In this document: positions 34,756-46,830 of the stretch, one piece after another | Position numbering within the stretch: the first letter of the stretch is position 1 | Layout: each line of letters starts with the position of its first letter | Assembly: GCA_002104905.1 (NCBI GenBank) | Contig: MCFE01000115.1 | Span: 100,147 to 164,146, forward strand | DNA from: Basidiobolus meristosporus CBS 931.73 | Lineage: Eukaryota > Fungi > Basidiobolomycota | Direction: 5' to 3' | Length of the DNA: 64,000 bases | The notes under the pieces: model-generated | The model's input: only the letters and a program-made list of their open reading frames with translations | Told to the model about the DNA's origin: nothing | Database searches by the model: none | Translations under genes and position numbers: made by a program

Positions 34756-37294
34756 TGTTTTAATTGAGAGCTTAGTGTGTGAATGATGTCTAGCAGCAAG
34801 GTTAGCTCAATATATAGGCGTCATTTCCACATTGTAGCACATACTTTCGTCAATAGTCGCTGTGACTAGCTCTACAAATGGTTGTGCAAGAGAGAAGGTT
34901 ACCTGGGTAATGTAAACCAGTTCCACAAAGCTGCAGCATTAAGGTGATATTTCTCGTATGGCATAGTGGTACAGTGATAATGTGGTATTAATACGCAAAA
35001 GAAAAATCCATGAACCGGGTTGCTCATCAGATATGCTATTGTGTAGTGGTAGTTCTTCACCGATAAAGCATCTTTGGCCTCTAACTGGAAAGTAAGTCAG
35101 GACCTCGAGATGCATAGACAATATTGATACTTACGTTTACTGTAACATGTACATTCCATGGCTGTTGTGGCTAAGCAGTCTATAACAATGGAATGAGTGT
35201 GGATACTTTGATTACAGTCACTCTACCATTTGAGACTTAATTGAGATATGCAAAGTCCTAGGTAACACTGTCGCTTATAAAGTATAAATGATGTATAGTA
35301 TTGTTGCACATGGTCTGCGAATAATCACTTGTTAGCCGATGAATCTTGATTTTTAAGCCTTCGCAATAACACGCAAGTATTTGATACAACTTTAGTGTTT
35401 GTAGCGACTTGCTTCACGTAGAAGTATAATTTACATTACAAGTGCTTTGTATACAATGAATCAATAAGTGCTGTTCATTGTCAGACTAATACTCACTACA
35501 ATTATTGTCCTTGTCAAGCCACAACAAAATATCCAGTTAGGCCATCAGTCCATTCAAGTTGTTCATGTCTCTAGAGCGGTGCATCAGCTGTGGGTTAAGT
35601 ATTGGCATAGTAGTGAGATGATAGACCCGAATCGAGGCTACAATCACTGCGTTGGTGGCAAGAAAACTGAGTATACAACACCGCAGGTTTGTTCATTCAT
35701 TTCAATGAAGCCTTTTTGGATGAGAAATAGAAGCCACGCATCCTCAATATTTCGGTGTATGCGTTGATATGCCAGGCAAACTCCACACTTTCCGTTATAA
35801 CATGAGCTACGGGGAATCAAGTCGGCAATCTCCAGAATAACGGTGTGTAAGTACTTCACCTGAAAGTATCTTTGAAACAGTGTCTGTGGTACTAGGGGTT
35901 CGAGCTAGAAGCTAGATAAAGAGTTTGATAATTACAATGCCTCTCTGTACTCCCCCCCCCACTGGCCCTATGCCCCGGCACAGATAGCTCTTGCCCGAAA
36001 TCATTACGCAGGAGTGTCACCATACAGTCATTCCTGAGGTATGTGAGTGTGGTAGGATCTACTAAGGAACAGTGAAGGTAGCTTAAAGCGATGATAATAC
36101 ATATTAAAGCATTGCAATAAATAACCTTAATACCATATTCTCTATCTGACTATGTTGCCGACAACCAAATGTGGAGTGCCCCTATACCTTTGGTGTCTGG
36201 AGCAGTCAGAGGTTGGCAAGTCTGAGTGGATGGTCATCAGTAGCCGCTACAATAAAGTGAGACTACCAACTTATTCTTTTCCTATTTTTATGCAAAGTTG
36301 TGTGTCCACTTAAACATTCAATTATGAATTTGATTTTAATGATCAGAAAGCTGTAATCGTAATCAAACAAGTATGTTATTTTGCAATCGAAATTTTGAGT
36401 ATTTTTCATTTCTTTGCTTGCTGATTTTCGAAGTGAATATGTAGCGAAATAGATTGGTATTTTGATTTGATTTTTGACGGATAGTTGGGTAACAACAAGC
36501 TGTCAGAATGAGCAAACCGTCCTTTAGGGTCTTTGTTGGGAATGTACTATATATATAATCCTGCAAAGTACAGTCGTAACGATACCAAACGACAGATGCT
36601 CCCTATTTGTAGGAAAAAAAAAGATAAAAATTTTCACTCCTTTCGTGGCCAAATCCCATAATATTGAAATCAACTAAAATCAGTGTATTATATATACTGT
36701 TCAGGACTGCAAATATTGACTATGAAATAACCAACTACGTAAGAACAGTGCCATTCCTGTGTGCACGCTTCAAGCCCTTGCTTGAGAAATCGTAGTATGA
36801 GTCATTTTGCGTCTCACCAATAACACCAAAAATCACATTTACAGCAATTTAACCCCCAATATCGATACAACTATTTACAGTTCAATGGAATGAGCACACA
36901 AACATTGAAACTGGCGCTGAAAAGGGCTCACTGACATCTCAAAGTAGGAGCCAATGAGTAGGTAAACATTGAAAATGGCGTTCAAACAGTTTTCCAAATG
37001 CGGTAGTTGATACACAACGCTGATTGAGCTTCTCTACCCGGCTATGTTGCATGCACTATTTGCCCTTGAACCAACCAAATGTAAAGTGTCCCTGTTCCTC
37101 CGGTGTGTGTCATTGTGAGGTATTGTCAAATTGCGATTCTTTTTGGACTGGTACACTGTGTCTACCGTGGATTGATAGTCTATGATACTGTGAGAGTAGG
37201 GTAGTCGCGCAAAGAGGGCTTATTTGTCTTGCCTACTCAATATTCTCAGTTAAACCTGATTTATCTATTAGGCGCAATTGTCAGCACAATGAGT

Positions 37295-37750
37295 CTATTG
37301 AATATTTTGTTCTTTCACGCATTGTGTCTCTGTTACTGAGGTTGTGTACTGTACATCTTGGGTGGGCTGCATCAGAACGTAGGGAGAGAAAGAACTACAG
37401 TCATTTTGCTTGGCATATTCTAATGCGTTGCCCCGACCCTCCAGTTCAAGACCGGCCCCTGCTTGATACTTGACACTGAAGCCCTTATTGCTATTGGCAT
37501 TAGCAATGTTCAGGCTATCGTGCTTTCTGGTCACGGTGGTGAAAACCTGACGCAATAACGGGGATTGGACATTGGGCGTCTTAAAAACAGGCAAAACTCG
37601 AACGTTTTGGTAGTAATCGTTCGCATACTGTACACATGGTAAACTGCGATAATGAACCCTTCGATACTCGTGAGTGCATGGAGAAGAACAGCCGAGTGGG
37701 GCAGCAACGGCAACTTGATTCCCGGCAAGGCCTACAGTAATAAAGCGCAT
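37295..37750 (-). pseudogene. Family X, copy 2 (shortened signal peptide, early stop)
   Basis: Starts MRFITVGLAGNQVAVA; TAT>TAG at NIQ(Y). Confidence 0.55.
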
Positions 37751-37927
37751 ATGGAGCGAATAACGTATTTGTGGGCTGTTGTATAGCATACAAAATGGGT
37801 CAGCTGGAAAATTGCTATTATATATTTCATGGATTAATCAGGTCATTACTCACACAATTATTATACTTTTTGAGTACCATCGGTATTTTGCATTCCCTTC
37901 ACTCGTTATTTTTTCAATTTTCTTCCA

Positions 37928-38479
37928 TTATTTTGTGGAACTCACCATGATTTTCTGGAGTATACTAGTGCTAATCCTAGTATCTTTGAAGTGGTGACGA
38001 GCAGATCTCTTATACTTCTTGTACCCCCCTCTGAGTGCACACGCTGCTGGCTGAGTGATGATAATTTGTGGCTGTTGCTGCTTGGGCCGGTACAGGGTTT
38101 GATCAATGACTTGCGCTTGGTCGAACTGGTTTGAGTTGGACAAGGCATTGGCTTTACTGGAGGAATGGCCATTGATGTTGTCCAGTAAGGCTTGGGATGG
38201 TGGTAAATTTGAAATGTCGAGCCCTTGGAACCCAGAGAGTCCTGGCTGCTCACCCGAAGTCTGGCTCGTTTGCATTGGCCCACTCATCTCCGAATCATCC
38301 ACCTCCTCAATTGACGGCTGGTGTTCTTGACTGGGGGCCTAAGTGTCCTGATAACAAGCATCCAGTTGTTCGACGCATAGCTCATTGGTGAAGGCTACGT
38401 GGGAGCCACCAAGTGGGGTAGCGGAAATTGCTTGCAGTGAAGCGATGGCGGAAACTAGCAACAGGAAGGAAGGCTGCAT
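37928..38479 (-). pseudogene. Family Y, copy 2 (premature TAG at 38339-38341)
   Basis: In-frame TAG where copy 1 has TCG; the same stop is present in copy 4. Confidence 0.75.
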
Positions 38480-38721
38480 GACTGACTGGTGAAGTCATGC
38501 GGACTCTCCTGATTTATATCACCTTCTCGATCCCACACAATTAGCTTTATGCGAGCTAGATTGATTTAACCTGGGTGCCTCGCCGTTTGCTACTTTACTT
38601 TATGTGAGACAGTGCATACACGGAATAGTAATCAGCATTTAATGCCAACCAAGTGCTTTATAGTATAAAGCTAGCAGTAGACAATGAAAAATGAGAATGT
38701 AGACGTTGGGAAGAGTGATGC

Positions 38722-39453
38722 TTAAAAGAGGGCACAGTAGTTCTTGGCGCAATTAGTGTTGTCAAAAACGCAGTCCGAGTCCTTGGTGCATATTTGATAT
38801 TCGGAGCCACTGCGAAAAGACTTTGGCGTTAGTAAGAATGCAAACTTACTAAATGATACCTATATGCTACCTTTGAATATTGTTAATGTAACACCACTCT
38901 GGTGCACTTTGCGGGGGTGCTACATATCCAATGCCAAACGAGATAATCCCTACTCCTCCATGGCACTGAATACCTTGTAAGTTACTGTTTCTGTACAGGA
39001 AATTCCATGGCAACTTACCCTTCTCCAGCAGTAGCCTTTGTTACAGCCGCAAATATCCTTGCCGCCTTTTTGCTTAGTAATCCCACAGACGAGGTTTGAG
39101 TTCTCCCAGCTTTTTGCTGTCTGCTCAAAGCGATCCAGGGCATCAAAAAATACGTCAACCCCATTAGTTGCGTCAAGAGCACGCTTTGTCACACTATTGC
39201 TCGGTACTCCCAGGCTTTGAGTAAACTCCTGGATCATCTTCACACATTCCGCAAACCTCACTTCCTTACCAGCGGGAATGGCCTTGAGTGAGGATAGAAA
39301 TTCTTCACTACATGCCTTTACGTTTTTATATAGCTCCGCATACTCGGGGGTTGCCGTAATACTGGGCTGGTCGCGGTCAAGAGGAGCGGCAAAAGATGAT
39401 GCAATCATGGAGATCACCATGGTGCCGGCTAAGAGGATATTTCTGAAAAGCAT
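38722..39453 (-). CDS. Family Z: secreted, Kex2-type precursor with a 10-Cys C-terminal domain; 3 exons (introns 38966-39018 and 38810-38870)
   Basis: Signal MLFRNILLAGTMVISMIASSFA; VTKR site. A GTAAGT donor and a TACTAAC branch point give the spliced product ...CGCNKGYCWRR|CHGG...PEWCYINNIQ|SGSEYQICTKDSDCVFDNTNCAKNYCALF*. Confidence 0.75.
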
Positions 39454-40321
39454 TTTGTCGTTAAGTGTTTCTTGAATGATCACTCCTCTTTGGGCTTTAT
39501 ATTCGTATATGTGTAGTCCCGACGGTTCTTCTTAATTCCCACGACTATCAATCACTAAGTTTCAGGTCATACAACATGCAGGTACTGGCGACTTAATATT
39601 AAATTGGTAATCCACCTGGAGGTTTAGTCTTTCAAGCCTGTGGGCTCGAAATACGCTTAATTTGTCATAATTTTTGTATTTCAGGTACATGCAGCTGACT
39701 GACTACAATATCGTCAAGAAAAGTCACCCAATTATGAGTAACCAAAACTATTTTGAAATCAGATTATTATTTGCGTTGATCCAAGCTGAAGGCTCACTTT
39801 TATTACATATAGATTATATTTTTCCACTTGAGCAAGTGTTCATATTTTTCCAGATAGACTTCGATACATTAGAGACCATATGTCCCACATGATATTCTTT
39901 TTGAACAACTAGTTGATATTGGGCTTGACTTCGGCTGGATGCTTTGCTTTTTTGAGGATGGTTCTTGTTTGCACCCATAATTGCAATAATCCTTTGATTG
40001 GTATCAATGAGCCATTGGTCGTAAAGCTGGTTCAGTCGTTGATATAGAATGCCAAAGTACCTTTTTTAGCAAGGAAGGCCTTGAGCCGCTAAAGTAAGGC
40101 TAGGATGACTAGTTTTAAAGAATCTTCAACTACCACAATAGGTGCTAAGATATGTGGGCTTGCCGTTAATATCGATCACGTTTGGATAGAACCCAGGAAT
40201 TCGTTGGCCACATTTCCAAAATTGGCTCCAACATAAATGGGTTAGATCACGCTCCAAAACTGAAAACAGTCCAGTTTATCCGGTATAAAGTAGCACATTT
40301 CGCAGGTTAAATTCATTACTA

Positions 40322-40587
40322 TGTAACCATAACCAACGGCAGTGGATTCGACGGGGTGGTATGAGAAGATATTAGGGTAATAATCGTTTCTACCGCTCCT
40401 CTCAATTCTAACTCCTTTATTTGATTGTTTGCTTCGTATTTTTACCTTATTGTGAGTGTATGCGATTTGTCTTTAGAGTAACTCTATTTGGGTGTAGATC
40501 GGCATGATTGCCCTTATATCCATACAGATGGTTGTCTTTTGCAGAGTACCTACCACTTATTCTACAGGTGTACTTTACCCTGTAACA
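40322..40587. mobile_element. Diverged solo-LTR relic related to 45169-45494
   Basis: Shares TTGATTGTTTG..ACCTTATTGTGAGT..GATTTGTCTTT and the terminal CTTTAC(C/T)CTGTAACA with the 45169 LTR. The left boundary is approximate. Confidence 0.55.
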
Positions 40588-40801
40588 AAGATGTTATGAA
40601 ATCCAGGCCAGTTCCTGTCCTTCTGTTTGGTGTAACAAGGTCTGTCCTTTATTTTAGCGTAGGATCTACTTTTTATACATTTCTCAATCATTTGCATACA
40701 ACTTGTCTTACTTTAGCCCATCTGTCTTTGATCATCTTTGATGATTTTTGGTGTTGACGCATCTCTATATGCAACAACTTACTGCTTGTTCTGGTCGGGA
40801 T

Positions 40802-41727
40802 TCAGACTTTCATAACATTTTCCCCTTCTTCAATTGATTCTTCTCCTGAAGAATCCTCGTCTTTATGGTACCAAACCTTCTTTTCGGGGAATGGTCCGCC
40901 TTGCAATGCTATTTTTAGTCTGTCTCGGTGGACTAACGTTTTCTGAACTTGGCCACTCATATCTACGAGCTGATATGTTGAGAATGGCATTATTCTACTT
41001 ACAACGAATGGGCCCATCCAGTACGGTTGAAACTTCTTGTGGTCCTCCTTTCGTATTAGAACCTTTGTTCCAACTTCCAGCTCTTGGTCACCTGCATTTT
41101 TATCGTATCGCAATTTCATTTGTTGACCTTGACTTTCAAGTCTTTTTATCACTTCCTCTCGTTTGTGGCCTAACGCCTCCAATTCTCGTATTCTCCATTC
41201 TGCTTTATCGTCTTCATTGTCAAGATTCCAGAGGTTTGGCCGTACTGTGTCACCTGGGATTTTTGGCTCTCGTCCATATACTAAGTAGAAGGGTGAATAC
41301 CCTGTAGCTACATGGCATTGTATTCGACACGCAAAAAGTGCCTGTTGCACGAATTCATCCCATTTGTGGCGTGCACCTTGGACGTAGGTTGTTAGCATTC
41401 TACAAAACAACCCATTAAAACGTTCATTCACCCCATTGGTTCTAGGGTGAAATGTCGATGTTTTTAAGTGTTTAATTCCTTGCATCCTAAGATAGCTTCC
41501 CATTACGCCTTCAATAAAGTTTCGCCCTCTGTCGGTAAGTATTTCTTCTGGGCAACCAAACTGTAACAGTATTTCTTCATATAGGAACGTAGCTACCTCT
41601 TTTGCTGTAGCTCTTCTTATTGCTTTAGCAATTGGCCACTTTGTGGTGTGGTCTATAGCAGTTAGTATCCATTTGTTACCCTTTTTTGTTTCTGGCAACC
41701 TTCCGATGAAGTCTAAACTCCACCGAC
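40802..41727 (-). pseudogene. Gypsy integrase core and C-terminal domain (separated from RT-RNase H by a deletion and frameshift)
   Basis: SRWSLDFIGRLPETKKG...ILTDRG...GVNERFN (DDE core); GPF-type C-terminal domain; the zinc-finger CxxC half is missing; no chromodomain seen. Confidence 0.9.
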
Positions 41728-44700
41728 TAAATGCTGGGACTTGTGGTAATGGGTGAAGTTATATTTGGCCACCAGGCTCGAGGCTTCAGTAAGTTTAAGA
41801 CTCCTTGCACTCCTAAATGGCCATATGCTTGATGATATTTGCAGATTAGATCTGCGCGCAATATATGTGGGCAAAACGGGATTTCTAGGTCTTGTATTTT
41901 TCTGTACAAAACTTCTTCATTTATGCAAAACTTGTCTGCTTTCTGTCTTACTAATTCTTTAACTTCTGCAGGGATCTCTTCTGGGAAGGTTTGCTCCTGT
42001 AGGTATTGAGGTATTAGAGTTGGCCAATCCGACGCATCTATCATGAGGATTGTGCTTTCTATTGTTTGTTCTTGTGTCTCCTCTTCCATCCTGGAGAGTG
42101 CATCGGCTACTTTATTTGAGCTACCTTTTATGTAGGTGATCTCAAAATTGAATTGTTGCAAGTATTCTATCCAACGCAGCATTCTTCTTGATAAGGTTTT
42201 TTGTGTATTAACAAATCTTAGACTTGCATGATCTGTCCGGATAATACACTTTTTTCCTTCTAGGTAGCATCGCCACACTTTCAAACAGACAATTATTGCT
42301 AATAACTCTTTTTCGTGTGTTGGATAATTATGTTCTGCTGCTGAGAGTTTTTTACTTTTGAACGCAATTGGATGCTCCTGTTTGTCCTGATATCGTGACA
42401 ATACTCCCCCTACGGCCCATAGTGAAGCATCGGTTGTTAAATAGAAGGTTTTTGAATAATCCGGGCTTTTCAACACTGGGGCGTTTACTAATGCAACCTT
42501 CAACTGTTGGAATGCAACTTCACATTTTTTTGACCAAGTGCACGTCCTTTCTTGCTTTAGTAAGTCCGTTAGTGGCGCTGCTATCTGTGCAAAGTCTGCT
42601 ATAAACTTTCGGTAATATGACGCTAACCCTAGAAACGATCGTAGCTTGGTTATTGAGTTTGGGTATGGCCACTCTTCTATTATCTTTACTTTCTTATTGT
42701 CAACTTTCAGGCCTTCTGTGGTAATCACATGTCCTAAATATTCAATTTCTTTTGTATTGAACTGACATTTTTCCTTGTTTGCTACTAATTTTTCTCTTCG
42801 CAAAATATCAAAGACAATTCGCAGATGGTCTTGATGTTCTGCTAGTGTTTTGCTATATATTAATATATCATCTAGGTATACTAATATAAATTGATCTAGA
42901 TATTGATGAAAAATGCTATTCATCAATGTCATAAAGGTGGCCGGTGCGTTGGTGAGTCCAAAACTCATTACCACAAACTCGTAATGACCGTAGCGTGTGC
43001 GGAATGCTGTTTTCTCAATATCACCTTCTTGAATTCGGATTTGGTAGTAGCCGCTTTTTAGATCTATCTTTGAAAACACCCTTGCACCATTCAGGTTGTC
43101 AAACAGTTCGTCAATTTGGGGGAGTGGGTACTTGTTTTTGATTGTCGCTGAATTTAGGGCTCGATAGTCCACACACAAACAAAGTGACCCATCCTTCTTC
43201 TTAACAAACAATACCGGTGCTCCAAACGGTGATTTACTTGGCCTTATATAACCTTTCTCTAACAATTCAGCTAATTGTTTTTTTAATTCTTGTAGCTCCA
43301 ATGGACTCATCCGGTAAGACTGTTTTGACACCGGTGAGCTGTTTTCTAGATCAATCTTGTGATCCATGCTTCTTTTTGGTGGTAAGCCTTTGAGTACTTT
43401 GAACACATCTTGGTACTCATCCAAGATATTTTGGATATCCTGCGTGTTGTTGGTTTGCTTGGTGTCTTCATCTAGAATGCTGTATATAATTCCAACATTG
43501 CTTTTGTCTACTTTCCTTGCTGCTTTAGAAAGTTGTGACTTTGTAATTACGAGTACCTCCTCTTCTTTTAGCAGTTCTGTGTTTGGTTTACAGATTACCT
43601 GCCACCTCCCTTCCTCATATACTGCCACTTCTTGCGTTTGCCAATTGATGACAGGATTTCGTTTGTACAGCCATGGTTGTCCTAAAATTACATCAAAGTT
43701 TGCATTGGTAATTATCTTTGCAACCACTTCATCGCTGTATGTTGGAATGCTCCATTGAAAGTTTGCTTCACTCCCAATTTGTATGGGGCTTTCTGCCGCC
43801 AACTTTATATACTTTTTTCTAGTTGGTTGCACTATAAGCTTCAGCTGCACTGCCAACTTTTTGGATATAAAGTTATCACTTGCACCACTGTCTAGGATAA
43901 TCTTCATGGGGCAGTTGTTTACTTGGGCTACCCATTGAACAATTGGTCATGTCTGCTCCTCTTTCTGCTTGTTAAATTGATCCACCATATGTATAATATG
44001 TTGGTCCTGTATTTTGTTCAAGGTTTCTTCAGTGTCCTCATTATCCTGTTCAGTAGCTTTACTTTTCTTCCGGTTGGGGCACTCAAAAAATCTATGACCT
44101 TTCTTATTGCATTTAAAGCACAAGTTATGTTTGATGCAATACTCCTTATCTTTTTTCTTTGGTGTAGACTTCTTGTCAGCTTCATGTGCTTCTTTTTTTG
44201 TGCTGTGTACATTATCAATCATAATCTGATCATATCTTTCTGCAATCCTGTGGGCCTCTTTGAATGAGCTTGGATCTCAAAGCTCCACTTCTTTCCTGGT
44301 GGACTTTTGGAGTCCATATACATATTGATCCAGTATTTCATCTTCCAATATTCCATCAATTTCTAATAGGATACTTATGAATTCATTGGTATAGCTGCTA
44401 ACTGTTCCCTTCTGGACTAGCTGTGCCAGTTTATCTCTAGCATGTTTAGTAGCTGTCACAAGCTTGAATTCTGCCTTCAATTCTTGCTTAAACTGGTTCC
44501 ACTTTTTGATTTCAACTTCAAGTCCTTCTTGGACCCTCTTCATGTGAGACCTCCACCACAATAGCCCCTGTCCCCTGAACAGACTTGATGCATAATCAAC
44601 CACTTGCATCTTACTAATGTTTGTGAGTTTTAGGTATTTTTCAACCTGAAAAATCCAAGAATCCACATTTGACTTCCTGTCAAATGTATCAGGCTTTGCT

Positions 44701-44963
44701 AACTTTGCATGACCGGATTCCAAACTTCCATATGCCTTCAGAATATCTTCTTTAGTAGGCAACTCTTCCTGTGCACTATACTGTGCTTTTAGCCACTGGT
44801 TCTCTTCTTTCAATTCTTGTAATTGCTCTTGCAGCAATGCATTAATGTCTTCACCAGGGCTGCTTCCTTTAGTACTCTTGCTAGTACTCATTTTCTTGTA
44901 GTTTGGAGGATTATTTGTTGTTTTGCTGCTACCAAATGTTATGAAATCCAGGCCAGTTCCCAT
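41727..44963 (-). pseudogene. Gypsy gag-pro-RT-RNase H, one frame interrupted by two TGA codons (44277, 43947)
   Basis: ORFs 44277-44963, 43947-44222 and 41727-43907 are in the same frame; motifs [38 protein letters not shown] and TDAS. Confidence 0.92.
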
Positions 44964-45168
44964 CCTTCTGTTTGGTGTAACAAGGTCTGCCCTTTATTTT
45001 AGCATAGGATCTACTTTTTATACATTTCTCAATCATTTGCATACAACTTGTCTTACTTTAGCCCATCTGTCTTTGATCATCTTTGATGATTTTTGGTGTT
45101 GATGCATCTCTATATGCAACAACTTGCTGCCTGTTCTGGTTGGGATTCAGACTTTCATAACACAAGTA

Positions 45169-45494
45169 TGTTACGTACTTAAAGAGTAATGTCCTTTAGA
45201 GAGTACAAAAAGGGATAATGTGTATGTTATCTTGTAGATTCAACAGGGTAGTGTAAGAATATCTCTTAAAAAGGTTAGGGTGGTGACTTTGTAGAAATAT
45301 ATTCAAACTAATATTTGTTCCTACTACGCTCTTCTGCCTATAACCAAAACTCCCTTTTATTTAGTTGATTGTTTGGTAATTATACCTTATTGTGAGTCTG
45401 GTGATTTGTCTTTGATTTGCTTTTCCCTGGCTACTAAGTCGTCTTTGTATGCGTTGATGTCACTTAACATCGAGTGACTCTTTACTCTGTAACA
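45169..45494. mobile_element. Solo LTR (326 bp) with a 4-bp TSD (AGTA)
   Basis: TGTTAC...GTAACA inverted termini; AGTA at 45165-45168 and at 45495-45498. Confidence 0.8.
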
Positions 45495-45504
45495 AGTACA
45501 AGCT

Positions 45505-45586
45505 GGTGAGGTGGCCGAGTGGTCTAAGGCGCTGCGTTCAGGTCGCAGTCTCTTCGGAGGCGTGGGTTCGAACCCCACCCTCATCA
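45505..45586 (+). tRNA. tRNA-Leu(CAG), intronless
   Basis: Acceptor stem GGTGAGG/CCTCATC, discriminator A73, anticodon arm CTGCG-TTCAGGT-CGCAG, long variable arm, GGTTCGAACC T-loop, downstream T4. Confidence 0.97.
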
Positions 45587-45954
45587 TCTATTTTACTCTT
45601 AGCTTGCACAAAAATGATAAGAGGAAATATCACAATGCTAACAGTCACTGGGCAGTCTTTCAATCTCGAATCTTTGTGTTACCAAAGTCAATCCGGTAAC
45701 CCTGCCAGACATTCTCTCTAATATCAACCTTTTCGGTGGAGGGCAGCATCACTAAAACTGAGGGTGAGTATGTTAGTACGTAAGCGAATATCTAATATTG
45801 ATGCCCGCAGCTTTGATCATGATACAGGTGTGTGCAAGTAAAAAGCTAATCACAAGTAACAACAAATATAAGAATGTCATTTCAATTTTATTGATTGGAG
45901 ATTTTCAGTAATAGTGTGGTGATGGCTGCCTACATTTGAAGCATTGTCACCGCA

Positions 45955-46452
45955 CTAATTGTATTGAACATTTTGCTCTGGGCAATCTTCTACGCATTGC
46001 ATTTCTGCGACAGGGGCCGTGTATTGTACATCTTGAGTGGGTTGCATCAGAACGTAGGGAGAGAAAGAACTATCTTCCGAGTGTTCCGCTCCCTTTTGCT
46101 TGGCGTATTCTAATGCGTTGGCCCCACCCTCCAGTTCGAGACTGGGCCCTGCTTGATACTTGACATTGAAGCCTTTGTTGCTGTTGGCGTTAGCAATGTT
46201 CAGGTTATCGTGCTTTCTGGTCACCGTGGTGAAAACCTGGCGCAATAACGGGGATTGGACATTCGTCGTCTTAACGACAGGCAAAACTCGAGCGTTTTGG
46301 TAGCAATCGCTCGCATACTGTGCACATGGTAAGCTGCGATAATGCACCCTTCTATACTCGCGAGTGCATGGAGAAGAACAGCCGATTGGGGCAGCAACGG
46401 CAACTTGAAGAGCGGCAAGGCCTAGAATCACTGTTATGGTAGTAGAGCGCAT
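45955..46452 (-). CDS. Family X, copy 3
   Basis: Intact signal MRSTTITVILGLAALQVAVA; has small in-frame insertions relative to the other copies. Confidence 0.6.
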   Translation of the reverse strand: MRSTTITVILGLAALQVAVAAPIGCSSPCTREYRRVHYRSLPCAQYASDCYQNARVLPVVKTTNVQSPLLRQVFTTVTRKHDNLNIANANSNKGFNVKYQAGPSLELEGGANALEYAKQKGAEHSEDSSFSPYVLMQPTQDVQYTAPVAEMQCVEDCPEQNVQYN

Positions 46453-46830
46453 GCTGAAGAATAGCTGAGAAATAAGCTAGTTGCATAGGCCGCTATATAG
46501 CATGGGAGGCTATATAATAAGGTTAAGTCGAGGGCATAAAGTGAGTCTTGTTAGATTGCGCATGTTTTCCATTCTGTTATTGACTTTATCGAGGAAGCCT
46601 GTAACATATAAAACACATGCACTGGAATGACAGCCTCTGTATATATATATATATATGGTTCTATCACCGCTGCCCATACTTCTCTTCAATACTCACAATG
46701 ACATTGTGTACAACGATAAGTGCCACTGTTTCTGTGTGTGCATATCAGAAAATTCTTGAGTACTTGTACATCATCAGCATACCGAGTAATATGTTACTCA
46801 TTTTATTTCGTAAGTTTACTTTTACTAGAC

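Larger units (their letters stand above)
28398..36190. repeat. Segmental duplication unit A
   Basis: Begins with GGAGCAGTCAGAGGTTGGCAAGTCTGAGTGGATGG (also at ~36197 and ~54800); colinear with unit C over X, Y, 33.0-34.6 kb, D and 35-36 kb. Confidence 0.85.
36195..39660. repeat. Segmental duplication unit B
   Basis: Colinear with unit D (54795-58450); the two share derived lesions (Y nonsense codon, shortened X signal peptide). Confidence 0.85.
40592..45162 (-). mobile_element. Ty3/gypsy LTR retrotransposon, near full length, defective
   Basis: 226-bp LTRs at 40592-40817 and 44937-45162 (TGTTATGAAA...TTTCATAACA); PBS TGGTAGCAG at 44926-44934; PPT GAAGGGGAAAA at 40818-40828; gag with a CCHC knuckle, PR (LDSGA), RT (YLDD), RNase H and integrase. 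Confidence 0.97.

Noticed and set aside
35468-35900. ORFs repeated at 35.5-35.9 kb and 53.7-54.2 kb
   Set aside because: The frames and stops differ between the copies, and I could not recognise a family.
45505-45586. CAG-anticodon tRNA as a sign of CUG codon reassignment (Ser or Ala)
   Set aside because: It has U33, G37 and discriminator A73 in a normal Leu-type body; nothing indicates Ser or Ala identity.
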